Assembly (NCBI GenBank): GCA_025963965.1
Contig: JAOPZS010000044.1
Span: forward strand, 4,170 to 68,169
Source of the DNA: Solirubrobacterales bacterium
Lineage (GTDB): Bacteria > Actinomycetota > Thermoleophilia > Solirubrobacterales > Solirubrobacteraceae
Length of the DNA: 64,000 nucleotides
Reading direction: 5' to 3'
The stretch's first letter is position 1, and each line of letters opens with the position of its first letter. The position numbers and the translations under genes are program-made. Shown one piece after another: positions 47,154 to 56,197 of the stretch. The notes beneath the pieces are model-generated. The model made no database searches, was not told the origin of the DNA, and saw only the letters and a list, made by a program, of their open reading frames with translations.

Positions 47154-47972
47154 ATGGCCGACGCCCCTCAGAGCGAGCCTCCGCCGGGCGAGGGCACAGA
47201 CATCCGTCTGCAACGGCTGCTGCCCGCCGGGGAGGACCTCACGCCCGAGCAGCTCGTCGAGCAGCTCGGTTTGTGGGAGCGGCGCTCCCCGCCGCCGCCA
47301 CGTCCGCGCGTGATGCTCAACATGATCTCCACGGTCGACGGCCGCGCGACCATCGGGGGGCGCTCCGGGACGATCAGCGACGCGGCCGACCGCGCGCTGT
47401 TCCATGCCCTGCGCAGCCCGGCCGACGCGGTGCTGGTGGGCGCCGGGACGGTGCGCACGGAGCGCTACGGAAGGATCATCCGCGACGAGGCGCGCCGTCG
47501 GGAGCGCGTGCGGCGCGGCCTCGCGCCCGAGCCGATCGCCTGCGTCGTCTCCGGACGCCTCGCGCTCGGCGAGGACATCCCGCTGCTGCAGTGCCCCGGC
47601 GCGAGAGTGGTCGTGCTGACGGCCTCGGCGGCCAGCCTGCCCGCGACCGCGGCGGAGGTGGACTACATCCGCTCGGCAGGCCCGCAACTCGACCTTGCCA
47701 CAGCGCTGGCCGAGCTGGCCGAGCGCTTCGGCGTCGCAAGCGTGCTCTGCGAGGGCGGTCCTCACCTCGCGCGCCAACTGCTCGGCGCGGGCCTGCTGGA
47801 CGAGCTGTTCCTGTCGGTCGCGCCGCTGCTCGCCGGGGGCGAGCCGAGCGGCGGCGAGGCGCTCCGGATCCTCGCCGGCGGCGAGCTCGATGAGCCGGCT
47901 CAGCTCGAGCTGCTGGGGACGCTGCGGAGCGGCTCGACGCTGTTCCTGCGCTACGGCCTCTCCGCTCGCTGA
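47154..47972 (+). CDS. RibD C-terminal/DHFR-like reductase (Rv2671-like)
   Basis: NMISTVDG, VGAGTVR.E.Y, CEGGP, LDEL. Confidence 0.87.
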   Translation: MADAPQSEPPPGEGTDIRLQRLLPAGEDLTPEQLVEQLGLWERRSPPPPRPRVMLNMISTVDGRATIGGRSGTISDAADRALFHALRSPADAVLVGAGTVRTERYGRIIRDEARRRERVRRGLAPEPIACVVSGRLALGEDIPLLQCPGARVVVLTASAASLPATAAEVDYIRSAGPQLDLATALAELAERFGVASVLCEGGPHLARQLLGAGLLDELFLSVAPLLAGGEPSGGEALRILAGGELDEPAQLELLGTLRSGSTLFLRYGLSAR

Positions 47973-49057
47973 GGCGCCTCCGGGTGGGGCTGGCGCGGGG
48001 CGCCCTGGGAAGTGCCTGGCCCGTCCTCGGGGGCAAGAGGCGAGGAGCCCTCCAGCGTCATGCCGCCTGGCGACGCCGGGTCCTCGCCCGGGGCCACGTC
48101 GGCCCGTGCCCGCGTCTCGCGGGAGACGATCGAGAGCAGCTCCGAGGCGAGATGACGACCCTGGCTCGCGACACGCGGCGTCGCCGCGATGCGCACCACG
48201 ACCTCGCTGCCGTCGAGCTCCTCGAGCGTGATCCGAGGCGAGTCGCGCAACGGCGTCTGCAGCGACTTCTCGAGGATCTCCTGCAGGTCCCCGGGGGTCA
48301 TGCCCGCCCGCAGCCGGGCTCGCAGGTTGACCGCCTCCGGCTCGCGAAGCGGCATGATCGCAACGCTCAGGACGACGCTGTTGGGAACCAGGATCGAGTC
48401 TTCGCCCGTCGCGAACGTCGTGTAGAGCAGCCCCAGCGAGGAGACGATCCCCTCGACCTGCCCGGCCAGCCCGCCACCCTGCAGGCGCACGCGCTCGCCC
48501 ACGCGGAACGGGCGCGCGCTCAGCAGCACGGTCCCTGCGATCAGGTTGCCGAGCGTCTGCTGCGCGGCGAGACCGAAGACCACGGCGGTGAAGGCGCCGC
48601 CCAGCGCCAGCGTTTTGGCCTGGATCCCTGCCACCTGCAGCGCCACGATCAGCGCGAGCACGACGGTCCCGAGCCGGATCAGGAACCCGACAGTGCCGGC
48701 CGTCGCCGGGTCCAGACGCCGGAACAGCGCCGGGCCGAGCCCACGCCCGACGTCGCGGGCGATCGCCCATCCGAGGATCACGAGCAGGATCACGGTGATC
48801 ACCGTGAGGGGCGTTTCCAGCGCCGCTTCGAGTTCCTTGTGGGCCGGGACGTGCCCCCGGCGAGGGATCGTCTTGCCGAACAATTTGACGCGGTTGTCGT
48901 AGATGAACACGATCACCGCGAACAGCGGCAGCAGCACCAGCACCTCCAGGCGTGCCCGCTTGACGACTTTCGGGCTGATCTGGCGGATCAGCCCGACCTC
49001 CTTCCAGGCCTGGCTGCGCGTCTCGAACATCTTGGGAGGGGTTCTCGGAATCGGCAT
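47951..49057 (-). CDS. MscS-family mechanosensitive channel
   Basis: GLAAQQTLGNLIAG, PFRVGE, VPNS. Confidence 0.88.
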   Translation of the reverse strand: MPIPRTPPKMFETRSQAWKEVGLIRQISPKVVKRARLEVLVLLPLFAVIVFIYDNRVKLFGKTIPRRGHVPAHKELEAALETPLTVITVILLVILGWAIARDVGRGLGPALFRRLDPATAGTVGFLIRLGTVVLALIVALQVAGIQAKTLALGGAFTAVVFGLAAQQTLGNLIAGTVLLSARPFRVGERVRLQGGGLAGQVEGIVSSLGLLYTTFATGEDSILVPNSVVLSVAIMPLREPEAVNLRARLRAGMTPGDLQEILEKSLQTPLRDSPRITLEELDGSEVVVRIAATPRVASQGRHLASELLSIVSRETRARADVAPGEDPASPGGMTLEGSSPLAPEDGPGTSQGAPRQPHPEAPQRAERP

Positions 49058-49128
49058 AGGCCCACATCATTGCGAGATACGCGGAGAGGTTCCGCTGCTG
49101 CGCCTCGGCGACCACTACCCTTCCCCCG

Positions 49129-49389
49129 ATGAACCAGAACCTTCGCCGCCTCGTCGTACCTGCAGTGATCCTCGGGATCCTGCTGATCGTCGTGGCCGTC
49201 ATCTACTTCGTCGAGCCCCAGCACTCGCTGCCCTCGTTCTTCCCGGGACACAGCTCGGCCAGCGACCCGGAAGCCGGCCATCACCACACCAAACACGGCA
49301 TCGCCGCGCTGGTGGTCGCGCTGGCCTGCTTCGCGTTCGCCTGGTTTCAGACGGGCCCGAAAACCCGCACCGACTCACCGGCGCTCTGA
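49129..49389 (+). CDS. Small two-TM membrane protein
   Basis: Two hydrophobic helices flanking SLPSFFPGH..HHHTKHG. Confidence 0.7.
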   Translation: MNQNLRRLVVPAVILGILLIVVAVIYFVEPQHSLPSFFPGHSSASDPEAGHHHTKHGIAALVVALACFAFAWFQTGPKTRTDSPAL

Positions 49390-49402
49390 ACCTCGCCCCG
49401 GC

Positions 49403-50302
49403 TCAGCCGCCGAGGGCGAAGACGAGCGTGCTGATCAAGCCGATCAGCACGCAGTAGACCCCGAACGGGGTGAGCCGGTTCGTCTTGAAGAAGCGGAGCA
49501 GGAACTTGACGGCGAAGAACGTCGTCACCGCTGCGCAGAGCGCCGCGACGAGCGCCGGCCCGCGGACGCCGTTGCCGGCCGACCCGAGCAGTTCGGGCAG
49601 CTTCAGCGCAGCGGCCGCGAAGATCACCGGAGTGGCGAGCAGGAAGCCGAAGCGGGCGGCGTCCTCGTTGGACAGGCCGACGATCAGTCCGCCGCCCATC
49701 GTGAAGCCCGAGCGAGAGATGCCCGGTATCAGCGCGGCCGCCTGTGAGGTCCCTACCGCGATCGCTTGCCGCCACGTGAGGTTGGCCAGGCGCCCGTCGA
49801 CGTCACCCTCGTAGTCGCCCGGGCGCGGGGGCCGGCGGCGAAGACGCTCGAACGTGAGCAGAGCGATGCCGTTGACGATCAAGAACGCCGCGGCGAGCTG
49901 CGGCGAGGCGAACAGTTTCCGCAGCGGCTCCTGAAGCAGGAGCCCGATGACGCCGACCGGGATCGTGGCCGCAACCAGCAGCCAGCCGAGGCGGGCGTAC
50001 TTGTCATCCGCGCGGATCTCACGCTGCTTGAGCGAGCGTCCCAGGCCGCCGACGATCTGCACCCAGTCGCGCAGGAAGAACAGCAGCAGCACGATCGCCG
50101 TCGCCAGATGGGTCGCTATCAGGAAGGTCAGGAAGAACTTGTCGTTCTGGTTGATGTGCCAGCCGGCGAGGCGAGGAAGGATCACGCCGTGTCCGAGGCT
50201 GGACACCGGGAACGGCTCCGCAATCCCCTGTGTGAGCCCGAGGATCACCGCCTGGAAGTAGCTGATCGGGTTGGCGGTGGCGAGCGGCAGGGTGTGGATC
50301 AT
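49403..50302 (-). CDS. uppP: Undecaprenyl-diphosphate phosphatase (BacA)
   Basis: QGIAEPFPVSSLGH, PGISRSG, FLLATP. Confidence 0.92.
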   Translation of the reverse strand: MIHTLPLATANPISYFQAVILGLTQGIAEPFPVSSLGHGVILPRLAGWHINQNDKFFLTFLIATHLATAIVLLLFFLRDWVQIVGGLGRSLKQREIRADDKYARLGWLLVAATIPVGVIGLLLQEPLRKLFASPQLAAAFLIVNGIALLTFERLRRRPPRPGDYEGDVDGRLANLTWRQAIAVGTSQAAALIPGISRSGFTMGGGLIVGLSNEDAARFGFLLATPVIFAAAALKLPELLGSAGNGVRGPALVAALCAAVTTFFAVKFLLRFFKTNRLTPFGVYCVLIGLISTLVFALGG

Positions 50303-50425
50303 GGCGTGGCAGCTTAGCGACCCGGCCCTCACGCGAATCCATCGTCGTGTTCACGGCCGCTTCACACGATCATTCCTGCTGTGTCACGTAACCCCTGCGT
50401 TTGCAGGGAATTCTCATGTGAGGGC

Positions 50426-50653
50426 TCAGGCGGCCAGCTCGCGGGCGCCGCGGGCCGGATGCGCCCGCTCGGCGCCTGCCTGCGGTTCCCCGTGCGGCAC
50501 CGCCAGCGCGACCGGCGCCGCGAGATCCGCCTCGTGCTCGGTCATCCGGTCTCGGGAAAGCTCTGAATCGCCGATCTTGGCCGTGAAGCACAGGCCCGCG
50601 ACGAGCACGAGGGCTGTGCCCCACACGGCTGGGATGATCAGCAGAAGAAGCAT
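50426..50653 (-). CDS. Small hypothetical membrane protein
   Basis: N-terminal TM ending in LC..AKIGD; GGAGAG upstream. Confidence 0.45.
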   Translation of the reverse strand: MLLLLIIPAVWGTALVLVAGLCFTAKIGDSELSRDRMTEHEADLAAPVALAVPHGEPQAGAERAHPARGARELAA

Positions 50654-50904
50654 CGGCTCTCCGGGGTCTCGAGGAATTGGCTATTCCTCATCAAACATAT
50701 CAGCTTTATGTTCAGAGTTGGGCAGGGTTGCGATTGCCGAAGGCGCCCCTACCATTTGCGGACCCACCCCTTCCAAGCAGGCCCCGCCCGTGCGCAACGA
50801 TCGCGGCGGCAAGGGGTTACGTGAGAGGGAGCCCGCGCTGCCGGCGATGCCCCGCGGAGCGGGTGGATCTGCAAACGAGCGAAGAGGACGGACGGACAGC
50901 CAGG

Positions 50905-51984
50905 ATGAGCGCCAGCAGGATCAGCACGACGATCGGCACCGGCCGGACCCGCGCAATCGGGCGGCTTGCCACGGCGGCGGCCGCTCTGGCGTGCCTCGCC
51001 CTGCCCTCCGCTGCTCTCGCCGCCGGCGAACCGACGGCGCATTTCTCCACGGGAGGCGTGTCCCACGTCTCCGGGACCACCGCACAGCTCCAGGGCGCCG
51101 TCAACACCGAAGGCCTCGCCACCAGCTACTTCTTCGAATACGGCCCGACCACGACCTACGGGTCGAAGAGCAAAGAAGTCGCCGTGCCGATCCCGGCTCC
51201 GCTGAAAGTCGTCAAGGTCGGCCAGACCGTCACGGGCATTTTGCCCGGCTACCACTACCGGATCGTCGGCCGGTACACGGCCCATGACGGAAAAGTGCTC
51301 GGACCGGTTCCCGGGGCCGACAGGAGCTTCACCGGCGGCAAGACCAGCAAGCTCAAGTTCGTCGTCGCGAAAGGCCGCGAAGAACAGATCTCGACGACGT
51401 ATGGCAGCCTGCTGTCACTGGGCGGCAGCCTCACGGGGCTCGGCAATGCCGGCAAACCGCTCTCGCTGCAGGCGACCCCGTTCCCCTTCACGGCGCCGTT
51501 CACGACGCTCAGCGGCACCGTCCTCTCCACCCGCACCGGGAGCTTCACCTTCAACGTCGCAAAGATCACCCAGAACACCGAGTTCAGGTTCGTGGCGCTC
51601 GCGCCGCGCCCGGTCTACAGCCCGGTCGTGCTCGTGCACGTCGTCCCGCGGATCACCGTGCACGTCCGCGCTGCCGGCCGCACCGGCGTCTACCGCATCT
51701 ACGGGACGGTCGCGCCCTCGCGCCCTGGAGCCCCCGTCGTCGTGCAGCAACTGCTGCCCCAGAAGGCTCAGAGCAAACGCAGCGGGCCGCGCCCGCATTC
51801 GGTCGGAGGCACGTCGCTGAAGCGAGCGACCGGGACGCTGTCGCGCTACAGCGTCATCGTCAACCTCAGCGGGACCTTCCGCTACCGCGTGTTCGTGCGG
51901 CTGCCGAAGGGGGCGCTGGAATCGGGTAACAGCGCGAACGTGCTGATCCGCGCGCCGAAGGCGACAGCCAAGCACCACGGCTAG
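50905..51984 (+). CDS. Secreted beta-rich (FN3/Ig-like) protein
   Basis: Signal peptide (ALA-A), TSYFFEYGPTTTYG..YHYRIV. Confidence 0.72.
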   Translation: MSASRISTTIGTGRTRAIGRLATAAAALACLALPSAALAAGEPTAHFSTGGVSHVSGTTAQLQGAVNTEGLATSYFFEYGPTTTYGSKSKEVAVPIPAPLKVVKVGQTVTGILPGYHYRIVGRYTAHDGKVLGPVPGADRSFTGGKTSKLKFVVAKGREEQISTTYGSLLSLGGSLTGLGNAGKPLSLQATPFPFTAPFTTLSGTVLSTRTGSFTFNVAKITQNTEFRFVALAPRPVYSPVVLVHVVPRITVHVRAAGRTGVYRIYGTVAPSRPGAPVVVQQLLPQKAQSKRSGPRPHSVGGTSLKRATGTLSRYSVIVNLSGTFRYRVFVRLPKGALESGNSANVLIRAPKATAKHHG

Positions 51985-52020
51985 GGCTGCGGTGCGCCCA
52001 CGGGCGCGAACCGCGCGGCG

Positions 52021-54024
52021 CTAGACGATTCCGTGCTCCCGGAGCAGCGCCATCACGCGCTCGACCTCCTGCTCGACAGTTTCGCCGTCGCTGCCGAGCT
52101 TCAGATCCGGGTCGCTGGGAGCCTCATACGGTGCGCCGACGCCGGTCATGCCGGACAGCTCACCGGCACGGGCGCGGGCATAGAGGCCCTTCGGGTCGCG
52201 CTGCTCGCACAGCTCGAGCGGAGCGTCGACGAAGACCTCGAAGAAGCTCAGCTCGTCGGTCGCGTGCAGCGCCGCCGCGTTGCGGCGATCCGCGGCGTAC
52301 GGGCTGACAAGGCTCACCAGCGCCACGGTGCCAGCCTCGGCCAGCAGCCTCGCGACGTGAGCGGTCCGCCGCACGTTCTCCGCGCGGGCGCCTTCGTCGA
52401 AGCCGAGGTCGCCGTTGAGTCCGTGGCGCAGGTTGTCTCCGTCGAGCAGGAACGCCGGACGACCCATCTGCAGCAGCCGCTCCTCGACAGCCGCCGCGAT
52501 CGTCGACTTGCCCGCGCCGGGCAGGCCCGTGAACCACAGCGTCGCGCCGCCGTGCCCGAGCGCCTCGCGGCGACGCTCGCGGGTCACACGCGAGCCCTGC
52601 CAGCGGACGTTGGGGCTGCGCTCGCTGCCCGAGCGGGCGACCGCCGCCTCCTCCACCTCCGTGTCGAGGATCACACCGGCGGCGACCGTGTCGTTGCTCG
52701 CCTCGTCGATCATGATCAGGCTGCCCGTCACACGGTTGCGGCGGTAGGAGTCGAACACCAGCGGCGAGCTCAGCTCGAGGTGCACGCGCGCGAGGTCGTT
52801 GAGCGCCAGCGTCTGCACGTTCTCGTCGCGGCGCAGGGTCTCGACGTCGATCCGGTAGCGAACCTCGACCTTGCCGACCATCGCCGTGCGTGTCGTGTGC
52901 TTGACGAGATAGCGCCGCCCGGCCTGCAGCGGCTGCTCGGACATCCAGCAGACGAGCGCCTCGAAGCGGTTGGCGACCGTCGGCTGGTTGTGCGTGCGGA
53001 CGATCGTCGAGCCGCGCCCGACATCGATGTCGTCACTCAGCCGTAGCGCCACCGACATCGGCGGGAAGGCCTCCTCGACGGGACCGTCGAACGAGTCGAT
53101 CCCGGCGATCGTCGAGCGCTGGCCGCCGGGAAGAACCACGACCTCGTCTCCGGGGCGCATGATGCCGCCGGCGACCTGGCCGGCGTAGGCGCGGTAGTCG
53201 ACGACGCTCGTCGCCGGCGGGCGGATCACCCACTGCACGGGGAAGCGCACGTCGATCAGGTTGCGATCGGAGGCGATGTGAACGTGCTCGAGGTGGTAGA
53301 GCAGCGGCGGGCCCTGGTACCACGGCATCGTCGCGGAGCGCTCGACGACGTTGTCGCCGAGCAGCGCCGAGATCGGGATGAACGTCACGTCGGGCAGCTC
53401 GAGGCGCGCCGCGAAGGCGTCGAACTCCTCGACGATCTCGTCGAACACCTCCTCCTGGAAGTCGACGAGGTCCATCTTGTTGACGCAAACGACGACGTGC
53501 GGGATGCCGAGCAGCGAGCTGATGAAGGCGTGGCGCTTGGACTGCGCAAGGACACCCTTGCGCGCGTCGACCAGCACGATCGCCAGGTCGGCCGTCGATG
53601 CGCCGGTCACCATGTTCCGGGTGTACTGCTCGTGCCCCGGCGTGTCGGCGATGATGAATCGCCGCTGGGCCGTCGCGAAGTACCGGTAGGCGACGTCGAT
53701 CGTGATGCCCTGCTCGCGCTCGGCCCGCAGCCCGTCGGTCAACAGCGACAGGTCGAGGAAGCTCTCGCCCTTGCGCTGGCTGGCCTGCTCGACGTGGGCG
53801 AGCTGGTCCGCGAGCACCTGCTTGCTGTCGTAGAGCAGGCGCCCGATGAGGGTGCTCTTGCCGTCGTCGACCGACCCCGCGGTGGCAAAGCGCAGCAGGT
53901 CCGCCGGGCGGTCGGCGAGGCGCCGGAACACCTCCGCGGCGTTCTCCGCCTCGACCGTGGCGGCGGCCGTCTGCGCTGCGCTGCCCCCGTTCGTCGCCGG
54001 CGAGGACGACTCCCCGGCGCTCAT
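52021..54024 (-). CDS. cysNC: Bifunctional sulfate adenylyltransferase subunit 1 / APS kinase
   Basis: GSVDDGKS, EREQGITID, DTPGH, NKMD; C-terminal WFTGLPGAGKST, LDGDNLR, RDPKGLY. Confidence 0.95.
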   Translation of the reverse strand: MSAGESSSPATNGGSAAQTAAATVEAENAAEVFRRLADRPADLLRFATAGSVDDGKSTLIGRLLYDSKQVLADQLAHVEQASQRKGESFLDLSLLTDGLRAEREQGITIDVAYRYFATAQRRFIIADTPGHEQYTRNMVTGASTADLAIVLVDARKGVLAQSKRHAFISSLLGIPHVVVCVNKMDLVDFQEEVFDEIVEEFDAFAARLELPDVTFIPISALLGDNVVERSATMPWYQGPPLLYHLEHVHIASDRNLIDVRFPVQWVIRPPATSVVDYRAYAGQVAGGIMRPGDEVVVLPGGQRSTIAGIDSFDGPVEEAFPPMSVALRLSDDIDVGRGSTIVRTHNQPTVANRFEALVCWMSEQPLQAGRRYLVKHTTRTAMVGKVEVRYRIDVETLRRDENVQTLALNDLARVHLELSSPLVFDSYRRNRVTGSLIMIDEASNDTVAAGVILDTEVEEAAVARSGSERSPNVRWQGSRVTRERRREALGHGGATLWFTGLPGAGKSTIAAAVEERLLQMGRPAFLLDGDNLRHGLNGDLGFDEGARAENVRRTAHVARLLAEAGTVALVSLVSPYAADRRNAAALHATDELSFFEVFVDAPLELCEQRDPKGLYARARAGELSGMTGVGAPYEAPSDPDLKLGSDGETVEQEVERVMALLREHGIV

Positions 54025-54935
54025 CAGAAGTACCCCTGCCGCTTTCGATCCTCCATCGCCGCCTCGGTGACGCGATCGTCGGCGCGGGTCTCGCCGCGCT
54101 CGGTCACGTCCGTCGCGGCGATCTCGGCTACGACCTCCGAGAGCGTGGCGGCGTCGGACTCGACCGCCCCGGTGCAGCTCATGTCACCGACGGTGCGGTA
54201 GCGGACGCGCGCGGCGAACGGCACCTCGCCGTCCATCATCTCCACAAACGGGCTCACCGCATAGAGCATGCCGTCGCGCGAGAACACCTCGCGCTCGTGG
54301 GCGAAATAGATAGAGGGCACCTCCAGCTCCTCCTCGGCGATGTACTGCCACACGTCAAGCTCGGTCCAATTCGAGATCGGAAAGACGCGAGCGTGCTCTC
54401 CCTTTTGGATCCGGCCATTGTAAAGGCTCCACACCTCGGGCCTCTGTTTCTGGGGCTCCCATTGACCGAAACGATCGCGGAAGGACAGGATCCGCTCCTT
54501 CGCCCGCGCTCGCTCCTCGTCGCGGCGAGCGCCGCCGAACGCGGCGTCGAAGCCATGCTCGGCGATCGCATCGAGCAGCGTGATCGTCTGCAGCCCGTTG
54601 CGGGAGGCGCGCGGGCCGGTCTGCTCGACCGCACGGCCCGTCCGGATCGACTCCTCGACAGAGGCCACGACCAGGCGCTCCCCGAGTTCCGCGACGCGGC
54701 GGTCGCGGAACTCGATCGCCTCGGGGAAGTTGTGGCCGGTGTCGACGTGCATCACCGGGAACGGGAACGGGCCCGGCCGGAACGCCTTCTCGGCGAGTCG
54801 CAGCAGCACGATCGAGTCCTTGCCTCCGCTGAACAGCAGCACCGGGCGCTCGAATTCGGCGACGGTCTCACGCATCACGTGCACGGCCTCGGACTCCAGC
54901 GTGCGCAGATGCGAGAGGTGATAGGTGGCGGGCAT
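54024..54935 (-). CDS. cysD: Sulfate adenylyltransferase subunit 2
   Basis: FSGGKDS, GGARRDEERARAKER, RYRTVGD, MEDRK..GYF. Confidence 0.96.
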   Translation of the reverse strand: MPATYHLSHLRTLESEAVHVMRETVAEFERPVLLFSGGKDSIVLLRLAEKAFRPGPFPFPVMHVDTGHNFPEAIEFRDRRVAELGERLVVASVEESIRTGRAVEQTGPRASRNGLQTITLLDAIAEHGFDAAFGGARRDEERARAKERILSFRDRFGQWEPQKQRPEVWSLYNGRIQKGEHARVFPISNWTELDVWQYIAEEELEVPSIYFAHEREVFSRDGMLYAVSPFVEMMDGEVPFAARVRYRTVGDMSCTGAVESDAATLSEVVAEIAATDVTERGETRADDRVTEAAMEDRKRQGYF

Positions 54936-55125
54936 CCTTGCTTGTCTTGGTTCGGGTAAGGGTGCTTGCCGTCGCTCTCAAGCCCGACCAGCGGACGGGC
55001 GTCCGCCGAGGTTAGGGCGTACAGCGTGACATTGCAAGACCGCCGCGGGCATCCTCACAAGCCTGCGACATCGCTGTGCGACGCGCCGGCCGAGGGGCCC
55101 GCAGGGCGGCCGGCCCGGCGCCGGC

Positions 55126-56175
55126 TCAGCCGAGCCGGTCGTAGCCCCACAGCGACACGAGGTCGCGGTCGAGGTACTCGCTGACCGCTTCGACCTCCGG
55201 CTTGAAGCGCCGGCGCAGACCCGCCATGAACTCGGCGTCCGGCTTGGCTCGCGGGCGGTAGATCAGCTTGCGCCAGCTCGATCCGAGCCGCTCACGCGCC
55301 GCGGCGGGGATCGCGGCATCCAGCGCCCGCACACCCCGCCCGACCGTCGCGGGATTGCGTCGCCCTTCCTGCATCGAGGTCGTCAGGTGGTGCAGCCGCT
55401 GCAGGCGCACGTCCTTCAGCGCCGGCGTGTCGATGGTCTCGATCGGAAGGCTGTCGTCGATCTCCAGGAAGCGCATGACCTCACGCACGATCGCCTCGTT
55501 CTCGCGCCGGTACTCCTCGTAGATCAGCACCAGCACCTGCTCGCGCGGGAAGCTCGCGTAGACGTGCGAGAGCTGCTCTGCGTAGCGGACCTGGTCGGAG
55601 TACAGCAGCCACGACTTGCGGTTGCAGCCGGGCGGGAAGCGTTCGCCGCGGCGGCGCGCCGGCTCGAGTTCCATCGCCTTCTGGAAGTCCTTCTCCGTCT
55701 CGATCCGGTTGTGCAGCGCCTGCCCGTGGTAGGAGCGCAGGAAGTCCGCGGGCTCGCGCAGCAGCGCGATGATCTTCGCCTCCGGGTTCAGCTCGGCGAT
55801 CGCCGCCGGCGCCTCGGCGTAGCGCAGGTACTGCGGCGAGGCCTCGCCGGCGCGCTGGTCGGGCCCGGCGTCCTCGAACAGGGCCAGGTACTGCTCGAGC
55901 GTCGCAGGCCGTTTGCGCGTGTTCCCCTCCCGCGAGCGCGTCGTCCGCTCTGCGATGAAGAACCGGGGCTCCTTCTCGGCCGGCATGAAGATCTGCGGGT
56001 GCCCCAGTAGCATCTTGTACAGCGCCGTCGTCCCGCACTTCTCGTGCCCGACGATCAGGAAGTCCGGTAGGCGCCTGCCCGACTCGCGGGCCTCTCTCGC
56101 CTCGCGCGGGTCGATCATCGCGGATGGCGCGGCGCCGCCACCGTCGGGCGTCGATCCCTCGACCGTGCGGGCCAT
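55126..56175 (-). CDS. PAPS-dependent sulfotransferase
   Basis: PDFLIVGHEKCGTT, KEPRFF, GEASP.Y, LREP..RS. Confidence 0.88.
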   Translation of the reverse strand: MARTVEGSTPDGGGAAPSAMIDPREAREARESGRRLPDFLIVGHEKCGTTALYKMLLGHPQIFMPAEKEPRFFIAERTTRSREGNTRKRPATLEQYLALFEDAGPDQRAGEASPQYLRYAEAPAAIAELNPEAKIIALLREPADFLRSYHGQALHNRIETEKDFQKAMELEPARRRGERFPPGCNRKSWLLYSDQVRYAEQLSHVYASFPREQVLVLIYEEYRRENEAIVREVMRFLEIDDSLPIETIDTPALKDVRLQRLHHLTTSMQEGRRNPATVGRGVRALDAAIPAAARERLGSSWRKLIYRPRAKPDAEFMAGLRRRFKPEVEAVSEYLDRDLVSLWGYDRLG

Positions 56176-56197
56176 GGTCCGATTATACCTGCGCGTC

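Noticed and set aside
41698-52005. GCGCCCACGGGC at ~51994 and its reverse complement at ~41698, plus the palindrome GTCCCCGCGGGGAC at ~43217, as REP elements
   Set aside because: Too short and too few copies for GC-rich DNA; likely chance or local terminator hairpins.
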